NCBI GenBank assembly: GCA_041691135.1
Contig: JBEPVF010000018.1
Span: 1 to 22,421, forward strand
Direction of reading: 5' to 3'
Source: Candidatus Peribacteria bacterium
GTDB lineage: Bacteria; Patescibacteriota; Gracilibacteria; Peribacterales; Peribacteraceae
DNA length: 22,421 nt
The notes below the pieces were generated by a model that saw nothing but the letters and a program-made list of their open reading frames with translations, was not told where the DNA came from and did not search any database. Positions 8,122 to 16,146 of this stretch are shown here, piece after piece. The stretch's first letter is position 1; every line of letters starts with the position of its first letter. The position numbers were made by a program, and so were the translations under genes.

Positions 8122-9258
8122 TTTTGTCCGGAACTCCTCGAACAGCGTCTGATACAGGCGACCGACCCGATCCCAGCTAAATTGCTCATCAATGCGCGTA
8201 CGTGCCGCTTCTCCCAATGCCCGGGCTTTGGGCGGATCATCGAGCAGCCGCCGCACATGGGCTGCCAGGGCCTCGCGGTCACCAGCCGGGAACAGAAAAC
8301 CCGATACGCCGTTCTGGAGCAGGAAACGGTTGCCGCCCACATCGCTGGCCACGCAGGCACAGCCGCTCGTCATCGCTTCCATCAGTGCGTTGCTGAGTCC
8401 CTCGCTGTAGCTCGCCAAGACGAAAATATCCGTCTCGGCCAGTATCGCCGGAATGTCGTCGCGCAAACCGGTGAACTCCACATCATGTCCATACTGAGTG
8501 ACCAGTTCATTTTTCTCCGTAAACCATCCCACTACGCGCACATGCAAGTGTGGAAACTGCTTCTTGAGCGGCACCACCGCGGCTAGAAAATTATCCACGC
8601 CCTTCACGGACTCCAGCCGTCCGACATATGTCACTGTTTGGTGACCGGACACATCAGATTTTGTTTCCGATTTTTGACCTTTGGTCTTTGCGTCCTGGTA
8701 ACCGGTCACATCAATCCCGGTTGGTATCACTTCTGTCTTCTTCCAAATCCCTAGTTTTTTCAACAGATCAGGCGATTGTGGATGGAAGGTAATGAGTCGT
8801 GTACACAGTCGCATCAGGAACCAGCCCACTGTCCATGCGCCTGCCGTCATGATCACACGCGGGAAACGGCCGCGCGGAAACCACGTCATGCCCACAAACG
8901 CATCGGTCAGCAGGAGCACTCGATACCCGCGCAGACGCAAACCTATCAGTGACAACGAGCTCCAGAACAGGATTTTATTCACAATAATCACGTCAGGTTT
9001 GAGCGATCGCGCCAACCGCGCAACGTAGCCCGAAAAACCGACCGCAATGCCATAGTTCAGCGGATCCTTCAGAAACAAATCCTTACGCCGGTGAATCGTG
9101 AGCGTCGGCGACACTACCTCGATACCGGTCTCGGATCCCATACACACGACGACAACCCGATAGCCAAGCCGCTGCCACAACTCCGCCAACTTCACCGAAC
9201 TCACCATCCAGCGATGGGGTTCTTTCCAATACGGGCTGATGAGGAGAATGGTCTTCAT
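8116..9258 (-). CDS. GT4 glycosyltransferase
   Basis: 'IPTGID', 'VGRLESVKGVD', EX7E 'EGLSNALME', 'ASDVGG'. Confidence 0.93.
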   Translation of the reverse strand: MKTILLISPYWKEPHRWMVSSVKLAELWQRLGYRVVVVCMGSETGIEVVSPTLTIHRRKDLFLKDPLNYGIAVGFSGYVARLARSLKPDVIIVNKILFWSSLSLIGLRLRGYRVLLLTDAFVGMTWFPRGRFPRVIMTAGAWTVGWFLMRLCTRLITFHPQSPDLLKKLGIWKKTEVIPTGIDVTGYQDAKTKGQKSETKSDVSGHQTVTYVGRLESVKGVDNFLAAVVPLKKQFPHLHVRVVGWFTEKNELVTQYGHDVEFTGLRDDIPAILAETDIFVLASYSEGLSNALMEAMTSGCACVASDVGGNRFLLQNGVSGFLFPAGDREALAAHVRRLLDDPPKARALGEAARTRIDEQFSWDRVGRLYQTLFEEFRTKM

Positions 9259-9265
9259 GGATATC

Positions 9266-9349
9266 GAATCAAGAGATTCAAATGATCACTCATTTTCTCT
9301 TTCCCTGAGTCCCTTCCCTTGAATCACCTGAATTTTTTGAATCATTCAA
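9266..9349. repeat. 9-mer GATTCAA/TTGAATC array with inverted arm overlapping the 3' end of the DUF2304-like gene
   Basis: gaatcaaga gattcaaat ... ttgaatcac ctgaatttt ttgaatcat; encodes the low-complexity tail DSKNSGDSR. Confidence 0.6.
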
Positions 9350-9694
9350 AGTACCTTCTTCCAGTCCCGCTGCCCGCAACGCAAGCATACTGACCAACTT
9401 CGCATGTCTCTGCTCCAGTTCTTCCAGACGAATAATGATGTAGAACACGATGAAGAACAGAATGCCCATGAACGTAACAAGGACCGCATTCTCCTGATTC
9501 GCAATGCCCGTGATAGCCGACAGGTACGAGAGCGCATTGGGAAATAAGGCAATCAACGCCACAAAACCCCAAAATATTGTCCACAATCCCGTTTCCCAAA
9601 TCGATTTTTTGCCACGCAGGACCAGATTCCATGCATAGACAATCGCCAGCATGGAGAAGAGCGGAGCCGCAATTTGGTACGGAGTCAGGTGGAT
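9290..9694 (-). CDS. DUF2304-like small membrane protein (three TM helices plus short coiled tail)
   Basis: Pattern 'LW..FW..V..IALFP...YLS..TGI....NAV....GILFFIVF....RLEELEQR..KLV..LAL', directly downstream of a DPM-synthase-like GT2. Start uncertain: ATC at 9694 proposed; next in-frame ATG is at 9652. Confidence 0.78.
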   Translation of the reverse strand: MHLTPYQIAAPLFSMLAIVYAWNLVLRGKKSIWETGLWTIFWGFVALIALFPNALSYLSAITGIANQENAVLVTFMGILFFIVFYIIIRLEELEQRHAKLVSMLALRAAGLEEGTLNDSKNSGDSREGTQGKRK

Positions 9695-9700
9695 GGGAAA

Positions 9701-9709
9701 AGCATAGCA
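9701..9709 (-). promoter_or_regulatory. Extended -10 TGcTATGCT, 6 nt upstream of the proposed start
   Basis: Minus strand reads TGcTATGCTtttcccATC. Confidence 0.5.
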
Positions 9710-9737
9710 GGGAGAGAGAATCGGAAATAGAGCTATA

Positions 9738-9823
9738 AAGCACGAAGAACCAAGAAGCCAAGAACTAGGAAGATTCGAAATCCGAAGCACGAAATTCGAA
9801 AAAACACCTCTTTCATTTTTCAT
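9738..9823. repeat. Heptamer array, family A copy 3 (left arm only)
   Basis: aagcacg aagaacc aagaagc caagaac ... ttc gaaatcc gaagcac gaaattc gaaaaaa; right part replaced by tttcatt tttcatt. Confidence 0.8.
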
Positions 9824-9838
9824 TGGTATTTCCCTCCG

Positions 9839-10504
9839 CTATCGAAGGAAAGATCTCAAAAGGATCTTCAACGCGGTCTTCACTCCGTTCGCGAACGACT
9901 GCCCCTTTGCCAGCGTGTATTCCGAATACAGAACTTTGGTGGGAATTTCGTCGGTGCGCCAATGATGCTGAGCCGCTTCCCGGACGATCTCGGTACAGAA
10001 TTCAAAACCACGCATGCGCAATTCCACTTCGCGCAGCGCACGCGGGCCGAATACTTTAAAGCCGCACTGACTGTCGCTGACCCATTTGCCGGTGGCGAAC
10101 AAGGTGACCACGTTGCCGATGCCGTTGAACGCACGGCGGATGGCGGGAATATGATTACGTTGACCGAATCGGTTCGCGAAGACGATATCCGCCTGATCAT
10201 CGGCAATCGGTTTGAGGAGGAGTGGGATATCCGCCGGGTCATGCTGACCATCAGCATCGAGCGTAACGACAGTCGTGGCGCCCATCGCACGCGCCGCATC
10301 GATACCGGTCATGGTCGCCGCGCCGGCACCGCCATTCTCCAGGTGTTGCACGACGAATGCTCCTTCTTTCTTTGCGATTTCTCCGGTCTGATCCGTCGAT
10401 CCATCATCAACCACAATAACAGTATGCACGTATCGCTTGGCATCGCGCACGACCTGAGCAATACGTGAAGCTTCGTTGTACGCGGGAATGACGGCGACAA
10501 TCAT
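9839..10504 (-). CDS. GT2, polyprenol-phosphate glycosyltransferase (DPM1-like)
   Basis: 'VIPAYNEA', 'VVDDGSTD', 'TLDADGQHDP', 'DSQCGFK', 'FEFCTE'. Confidence 0.92.
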   Translation of the reverse strand: MIVAVIPAYNEASRIAQVVRDAKRYVHTVIVVDDGSTDQTGEIAKKEGAFVVQHLENGGAGAATMTGIDAARAMGATTVVTLDADGQHDPADIPLLLKPIADDQADIVFANRFGQRNHIPAIRRAFNGIGNVVTLFATGKWVSDSQCGFKVFGPRALREVELRMRGFEFCTEIVREAAQHHWRTDEIPTKVLYSEYTLAKGQSFANGVKTALKILLRSFLR

Positions 10505-10522
10505 GGAAACGGGCGTAATTAC

Positions 10523-13336
10523 TTACGGAAGCATGAGGAATGCCACGCCCGCGTTGGGATCGTTCACGACAATCTGCAATCCCAGTTTCGGATCGTTGGC
10601 GAAGTCGAGGAACTCCTGCACTTTCTGATGCAGAGATCCCTGAGGATCGCTCTCGATCGTCTGCGTGTTGGTATCGAAGACGATGCTATTGAAACCGAGT
10701 GCGTTGATGCGTTTGAGCGTCAGCTCATGATTGTTCTCCTGATTCAGACAGTGGAACAGATCGAGTTGCTGGTCGCCGATGCCGATGATCTCCAGGTTCC
10801 GTGGAATGAAGTACGGAATGAAGGTCCCGATGCGGTACAGATACGGTCGGTCCGGCATCGAATCATGGCGGCTCACGATAAGATTACTGATCTGATCATA
10901 GTGCTGGATGGTTCGCTCCTTTAATGCATCAGCCGAAATCTTGCCCATCGGATACTCGAAGAGATTTTTCTGCTGATCCCACTGCCACAACCGGAGTGAG
11001 AAGACACACATCAGTGCAAGAGCGATCAGAATGGAAGCGGTGGTACGACTGGGCACATCCGGCGCACGTGCCACCAGTGCTTCGAGACACACGGAGAGGC
11101 CGAGAAACATCGCGATACCGTACCAGGGAATTCCATTGGCCAGGAACATCCACTCGATAATCAGGAAGGTGGTCCCGCCTGCCAACCACCGCAGCCAGCG
11201 ACCTTGCGGCGTCCAGAAGAAGGGCAACAAAAGCAGCAGCGGGAACAGGAGCAATGCAAAGCTCGTCATCACGTAGTAGCCGCTGGAATCCAGATTGAGC
11301 ACGCTGCGCCATGGGAGCGTGGCATAGTGTTGCCAACCTTTGTCGAAGCCCCAGTAACGATCGAGTTCTTCGCCGGACCCCGACGGTTTGCAGGCCGGAT
11401 TACCGACATCCACCGCCAAATCGGCCGGAAGAGACCGGACGTTCTGGCCCGTCTGCGTTCCGCGCAGATCAATGGACGGAGTAAGCGTATTCGGCAAACC
11501 GAGCACCAGTTGCGGCACGACATTACCGCTCACGATATTGTTGTACCCGATCCACGGTGCCAGCGAGAGGAAAAATCCTCCCAGGAAGCATGCCAGCGAT
11601 AAGCCGAACTGTTTCCATTTGGCGCGATTCCAGACGGTGACAAGCAGCAGACCGGCACCGAGAATAAGACACAGTGCCATGAACGCCTGCGGCGACAACG
11701 GCGAATCGCCGCCGGTGATGCGCGCGCCGATGGCATTGATGTCCAATGTTCCTTTGTAGGTGAAAACCGCCAGTGCGAAGAGCGCCGCCGACACGAACGA
11801 GAAAGGATTCAATGTCATTCCCATTAGGAGTGCACCCAAAGCCATCAGCAACATCGCTGCCGTCACTTTGATGCCGAACGCAAGACCGATGAGCCCGCCC
11901 GAGACGCCGATCCAGGTAAGTTTTTCACGCGTCGTGATCTGCTCGGCCTCACTAACCGGCGGGAAGAAGGCGTAGAACAGAGCAAATGTGGCCAGTGCGC
12001 CGATGGCGAACAGCGCATTGTCGATCTTCATGTCGGCGAACGAGAAGTGACCGACCATCGGCAACGTGTAGTACAGCAATGCCGAAAGGATCCCCCGATT
12101 GCGACCGAGGAAGGTGCGTGCGAACGTGTACACGGCGAATATGGCCAGCACCCCAGCCGTCCAGTTCATGATCATCGCCGTCGTTGCACCGAAATAACTG
12201 TCGTAGCCAAATAACAGGAAGCCCAGTGAGGTGATGTACTCCCACTGAAAGCTCGCCATGCCGAAAATGAAGTGTCCGTAACTGACCAATAGTCGCGGCC
12301 GGTTCAGGTAGCTGCCCAGGTCATCCCATCCGATGGGGAACGGCCGGACAACGGTGAGGAAATTGAAGGCGAGATAGCTGATTAAAAACCAAGTGAGGAA
12401 AACGGTAATGCTGTACGCCTTCACCTCCACTTCCCATGTATGGGACAGAAATTTCTGGAACCAATAGCGGGCCTGCGGATACAGCGCGACAGGAATAATG
12501 AGCAGAAGGGCCCAGCCCACCGGCTGGATATACACACCGATGATCGCTACCAGCCATAGAAGTCCAATCAGACAAAATGTGCCTAAGCCGGCACTGATCG
12601 ACGCTTCGACCAGAAGGCTCTTGGGAGAGAGTCGCAGCAAACGAAGCAGTCCGCGCCCCAGCACCAGCAATTCGAATAGCAGCGCGACAGACGCCAGAAT
12701 TTGCGGTAACACGCGAGTGACAAAAGACATTTGTATGCAGCTCACCTTTATGTCGTACAGATCGGCTCCGCCATCGGTTTGTCCGACCGGCGTCAGACAG
12801 CCGCCGTTTTTCAGTTCGTCGAAGTTATCCTGAAGCGTCTGGAGGGACTCGGTGCTGGCATCCGGGTAAACGGCTAACGACGGTGCCACCAGACGACGCA
12901 GAGGAATTCCATCCGGCGATTGCATGCTCAACACCGTAAAGAACAGCCACACTCCGGCCAGGAACAAAGCGAAAAAATACCAAGGACGAAGACGCATCCT
13001 CAGCAGCCACGATTGTCTCTGCATCCAATAATAACCGACGTACACACCATATAGAATCAATGACACCAGCCCGTAACCGAGCAACGGCGCCATCCGGGAG
13101 AACAGGAAGATAATGAAGGGCAAGAGAGCCGAATAGCCATTACAGAAATGACTGTCTGCACCGCATCCCGAGCCTTTGACAACAATCGTTCCCCCCACAT
13201 TCTCAATCGCATTAGGACTGAGCATCGATTGGAGATGCGTCGGCGCACCCAAATACGACAGAAATGCGTACACTCCCCATACGAGAAGCGTTACAAACAA
13301 ACTGATCGACAATACCTGAACTGTTCGCTGTTTCAT
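10523..13336 (-). CDS. Large polytopic membrane protein, probable GT-C fold (ArnT/PMT-like) glycosyltransferase
   Basis: Very many hydrophobic helices, loop diacidic motif 'PIGWDDLGSY' after a TM helix, 'DMKIDNA', 'AFGIKVTA', soluble C-terminal domain. It lies 18 nt upstream of the DPM1-like GT2. Confidence 0.72.
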   Translation of the reverse strand: MKQRTVQVLSISLFVTLLVWGVYAFLSYLGAPTHLQSMLSPNAIENVGGTIVVKGSGCGADSHFCNGYSALLPFIIFLFSRMAPLLGYGLVSLILYGVYVGYYWMQRQSWLLRMRLRPWYFFALFLAGVWLFFTVLSMQSPDGIPLRRLVAPSLAVYPDASTESLQTLQDNFDELKNGGCLTPVGQTDGGADLYDIKVSCIQMSFVTRVLPQILASVALLFELLVLGRGLLRLLRLSPKSLLVEASISAGLGTFCLIGLLWLVAIIGVYIQPVGWALLLIIPVALYPQARYWFQKFLSHTWEVEVKAYSITVFLTWFLISYLAFNFLTVVRPFPIGWDDLGSYLNRPRLLVSYGHFIFGMASFQWEYITSLGFLLFGYDSYFGATTAMIMNWTAGVLAIFAVYTFARTFLGRNRGILSALLYYTLPMVGHFSFADMKIDNALFAIGALATFALFYAFFPPVSEAEQITTREKLTWIGVSGGLIGLAFGIKVTAAMLLMALGALLMGMTLNPFSFVSAALFALAVFTYKGTLDINAIGARITGGDSPLSPQAFMALCLILGAGLLLVTVWNRAKWKQFGLSLACFLGGFFLSLAPWIGYNNIVSGNVVPQLVLGLPNTLTPSIDLRGTQTGQNVRSLPADLAVDVGNPACKPSGSGEELDRYWGFDKGWQHYATLPWRSVLNLDSSGYYVMTSFALLLFPLLLLLPFFWTPQGRWLRWLAGGTTFLIIEWMFLANGIPWYGIAMFLGLSVCLEALVARAPDVPSRTTASILIALALMCVFSLRLWQWDQQKNLFEYPMGKISADALKERTIQHYDQISNLIVSRHDSMPDRPYLYRIGTFIPYFIPRNLEIIGIGDQQLDLFHCLNQENNHELTLKRINALGFNSIVFDTNTQTIESDPQGSLHQKVQEFLDFANDPKLGLQIVVNDPNAGVAFLMLP

Positions 13337-13344
13337 CAAAATAC

Positions 13345-13372
13345 ATTGTAGCCCAGCTTAGGCGATTGCCAA
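13345..13372 (-). promoter_or_regulatory. Putative sigma70 promoter TTGGCA-16-TACAAT for the GT-C gene
   Basis: Minus strand TTGGCAatcgcctaagctgggcTACAATgtattttgATG. Confidence 0.55.
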
Positions 13373-13386
13373 ACAGCTCTTGGGAG

Positions 13387-13465
13387 AAATCAGAAGTCAG
13401 TGAACAGCGGTCAGATTATTGTTTTACCTACTGACTTCTTGCCACTGACCACTGGCCACTGTATC
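13387..13465. repeat. Heptamer (..TCAG/CTGACCA) arrays in inverted orientation, family B
   Basis: aaatcag aagtcag tgaacag cggtcag ... ctgactt cttgcca ctgacca ctggcca ctgtatc. Confidence 0.8.
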
Positions 13466-13486
13466 CAGTACAATAGCCTCTCCTCC

Positions 13487-14710
13487 ATGTTCGACCCATC
13501 CTCCATCCGTCGGCAGTTTCCCATCCTCGATCAGACGATCGACGGCCACCCACTGATCTATCTGGACAGTGCAGCCACCGCCCAAAAGCCACGCGCCGTG
13601 CTGGAAGCGATGCAGCAGTTCTACGAACACGACAATGGCAACGCGCACCGCGGCATGCATGTCCTGGCCGAGCGTGCGACCATCGCATACGAACATGCGC
13701 GGCAGACGGTGAAGAAATTTTTGAATGCCAAACATGCGCACGAAATTTTGTTTACGAAGAACGCAACCGAAGCGATCAATCTGGTGGCGCGCAGTTGGGG
13801 CAGCACACTTCAATCAGGTGATGTGATTGTCCTCAGCATTGTGGAACACCACAGCAATATTGTTCCGTGGTTACAACTGAAAGAACAAAAGGGAATTGAA
13901 CTGCGCTGGATCGACATCGATAACGAAGGCCAATTGAAACTGGAACAGCTCGATGAGTTTCTGTCGGAAGGAAATGTAAAACTCGTGAGCATCACCGGAC
14001 TGAGTAACGTGCTGGGCGTGTGCCCGCCGCTCGAAAAAATTATTGCCAAAGCGCACGCAGCGAAGGCGAAAGTGCTGATCGATGCGGCGCAGCTCGTCGC
14101 CCATCACTCGATAGATGTGCAAAAACTCGACGTCGATTTTTTGGCTTTTTCTGGCCACAAATTATACGGCCCCACCGGCATCGGCGTGCTGTATGCCAAA
14201 GAAGAACTTCTGGATGCGATGCCTCCATTCCTCGGCGGCGGCACGATGATCAACGAAGTGATGACTGAGTACTTCACCCCTGCCGACCTGCCCGCAAAGT
14301 TCGAAGCCGGCACGCAACCGATGGCCGAAGCAGTCGGGCTTAGCGCAGCTATTGATTGGCTCACTCAGTACAAATGGAAAGATATCGAAGCGCACGAGAA
14401 GACTCTGATCGAAACGGCGCACAAAGAATTGAGCGCCATTCAAGGACTGACAATCCTCGGTCCAAAAAATCCGCATGACCGATCGGGCTGCATCAGCTTT
14501 ACCATCGATGGAATTCATCCACATGACTTAACAGAAATTCTGGGCAAGCAGGGAATCTGCCTGCGCGCCGGGCACCACTGCACACAACCGCTACATCGTA
14601 AGCTCGACATCACTGCCAGCAGCCGATTATCGATTGCCATTCACTCGACTTCCGAAGAAATTCAAACGACGAGTGCGAGCACCAGTGACTGTATTTCACG
14701 TATGCGTTGA
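13487..14710 (+). CDS. sufS: Cysteine desulfurase, class II
   Basis: 'YLDSAATAQKP', 'EHHSNIVPW', 'DAAQ', 'FSGHKLYGPTGIG' (PLP Lys), 'FEAGT', 'RAGHHC'. Start MFDPSS follows TACAAT at 13469-13474. Confidence 0.95.
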   Translation: MFDPSSIRRQFPILDQTIDGHPLIYLDSAATAQKPRAVLEAMQQFYEHDNGNAHRGMHVLAERATIAYEHARQTVKKFLNAKHAHEILFTKNATEAINLVARSWGSTLQSGDVIVLSIVEHHSNIVPWLQLKEQKGIELRWIDIDNEGQLKLEQLDEFLSEGNVKLVSITGLSNVLGVCPPLEKIIAKAHAAKAKVLIDAAQLVAHHSIDVQKLDVDFLAFSGHKLYGPTGIGVLYAKEELLDAMPPFLGGGTMINEVMTEYFTPADLPAKFEAGTQPMAEAVGLSAAIDWLTQYKWKDIEAHEKTLIETAHKELSAIQGLTILGPKNPHDRSGCISFTIDGIHPHDLTEILGKQGICLRAGHHCTQPLHRKLDITASSRLSIAIHSTSEEIQTTSASTSDCISRMR

Positions 14711-15049
14711 AACTTTCGGTTGAATGCCCAATAAAATATCTAAATGACGCCGCACGAAAGCAATTTCCTCATCGCCCACGGTGAAATACCCAAACGATTC
14801 CAAACGCTTTCTTTGCGTATCGATCTCATACAGAGGACCCGTCGTACAGCGATCAAACCAATCCATCTCCTCATCCGTTAGCGCTTCGCCACGGCGAAGT
14901 CGCAAAATTCTTGTTCCAATCACGCGCTTTAATGCGCCGTAAATGACTCCAACGAGTTCTTGTACGTCTTTAGCTGTTCTCTCCTCCACTTGCCGGTCGA
15001 AGTAAAATTCGAGAAGTGCACGATCTATGTTGATATCCCGATCACCCAT
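14696..15049 (-). CDS. Hypothetical protein (117 aa) antisense between sufS and sufU
   Basis: Fills the whole gap with a protein-like helical sequence; TGTAAT lies 6 nt before the ATG; overlaps the sufS stop by 15 nt. Confidence 0.6.
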   Translation of the reverse strand: MGDRDINIDRALLEFYFDRQVEERTAKDVQELVGVIYGALKRVIGTRILRLRRGEALTDEEMDWFDRCTTGPLYEIDTQRKRLESFGYFTVGDEEIAFVRRHLDILLGIQPKVSTHT

Positions 15050-15072
15050 AGGCAAATTACACCGTATACCAT

Positions 15073-15495
15073 ATGGACGTCTACGCCGAGAATATTCTCG
15101 ATCATTATCGGCATCCGCGCGGCAAGCAAACGCTGAAAAACGCATCGGTAAGCCATACGGAAACGAATGTGAGTTGCGGAGATTCACTCACCATCCAATT
15201 GACTGTGGAAGACGGAAAAGTGACAGAGTTCGGTTGGAATGGCGATGGCTGTGCCATCAGCCAGGCCGGCATGTCGCTGCTGAGCGAGGAGATCATCGGC
15301 AAGACAGAGGACGAGCTGAATGCCCTGAATAAACAGGAGATGTACGACCTGCTGGGCGTTCCCATTGGCCCACGTCGGTTCAAATGTGCCCTACTCGGCC
15401 TGCATGCGCTAAGGAACACCCTTTTGGTATTACACGAAAAAGAACCCCAGAGCTGGCGAAAGACGGTGGAATTAACCGACGAAGAGAGCTTGTAG
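15073..15495 (+). CDS. sufU: SufU/IscU-family Fe-S scaffold or sulfur-transfer protein
   Basis: 'YAENILDHYRHPR', 'SCGD', 'GCAISQA', 'RFKCALL'; lacks the IscU LPPVK motif; next to sufS. Confidence 0.9.
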   Translation: MDVYAENILDHYRHPRGKQTLKNASVSHTETNVSCGDSLTIQLTVEDGKVTEFGWNGDGCAISQAGMSLLSEEIIGKTEDELNALNKQEMYDLLGVPIGPRRFKCALLGLHALRNTLLVLHEKEPQSWRKTVELTDEESL

Positions 15496-15553
15496 CTGAG
15501 AGCATCCAGCTTGTAGACTGCCGTGGCTCATTTTGCAGCAATCCATCCCATAC

Positions 15554-15626
<73 letters not shown>

Positions 15627-15628
<2 letters not shown>

Positions 15629-15694
15629 GCCTTCGCTTCCTGCGGGAAGCTACGGCTGGCAGGCCAGTTCTCTCGATATCTGCGACGAAGGCTG
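15627..15694. repeat. REP-like nested palindrome immediately 3' of the tRNA
   Basis: cagcc-ttc-gcttcc tgcg ggaagc-tac-ggctg hairpin (15627-15658), plus perfect 9-bp inverted repeat cagccttcg (15627-15635) / cgaaggctg (15686-15694). Confidence 0.65.
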
Positions 15695-15761
15695 CTTCGC
15701 TCAAACAAGCCCGAAGAACTTAGATGACTGCTATTACAGTCTTAATCTTTAGTATTGCGAC

Positions 15762-16113
15762 GTGAACAAGCTATTTGAAAGCAGAGTCGGAACCTGGCTT
15801 CAAAGAACGACCGTTGTTTTTACAGGACTTCCGAATCCAAAGAATGTTGTTGGTAGCTCTTGGCCTTTTGCGACACTTAACTGTGTACGAAGATCGATTA
15901 GTAATCCTGCTTCCACTACAGGGCGAACATGTTTTGGAGCTAAAGGACATTGATTCTATTGAACGGAAACTGTTTACCATTCAAATACATCACCATAGTG
16001 GTGAATTGAAAGCATATGTGTATATAAAGGGCATGGGTACCGGTTGGTTACTGTTCAAGAAATTAGAAAAAGCGATCAAAGACAATCATCTTCCGATTCA
16101 GATAATCAGATAA
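15762..16113 (+). pseudogene. Small AT-richer gene split by a +1 frameshift near 15876-15880 (restored ~116 aa, possibly PH-like fold)
   Basis: TAGTAT 6 nt before GTG at 15762. Frame 1 gives ...GSSWPFATL and frame +1 continues TVYEDRLVI...; removing one base in 'cttaact' fuses them. Confidence 0.6.
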
Positions 16114-16120
16114 AATCTAT

Positions 16121-16140
16121 CGGAGAGAACTCCGGCTTTT
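16121..16140 (+). terminator. Possible weak intrinsic terminator between convergent genes
   Basis: cggag-agaa-ctccg hairpin followed by gctttt. Confidence 0.3.
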
Positions 16141-16146
16141 GCTCTT

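Noticed and set aside
1015-14710. UGA-to-Gly recoding (code 25) as in Gracilibacteria
   Set aside because: TGA ends full-length GT4s, rmlA and sufS, and no conserved gene is interrupted by TGA.
15487-15516. 9-nt direct repeat agcttgtag near the tRNA promoter
   Set aside because: Only 12 nt separate the copies, so it is not a target-site duplication; it likely reflects promoter elements or chance.
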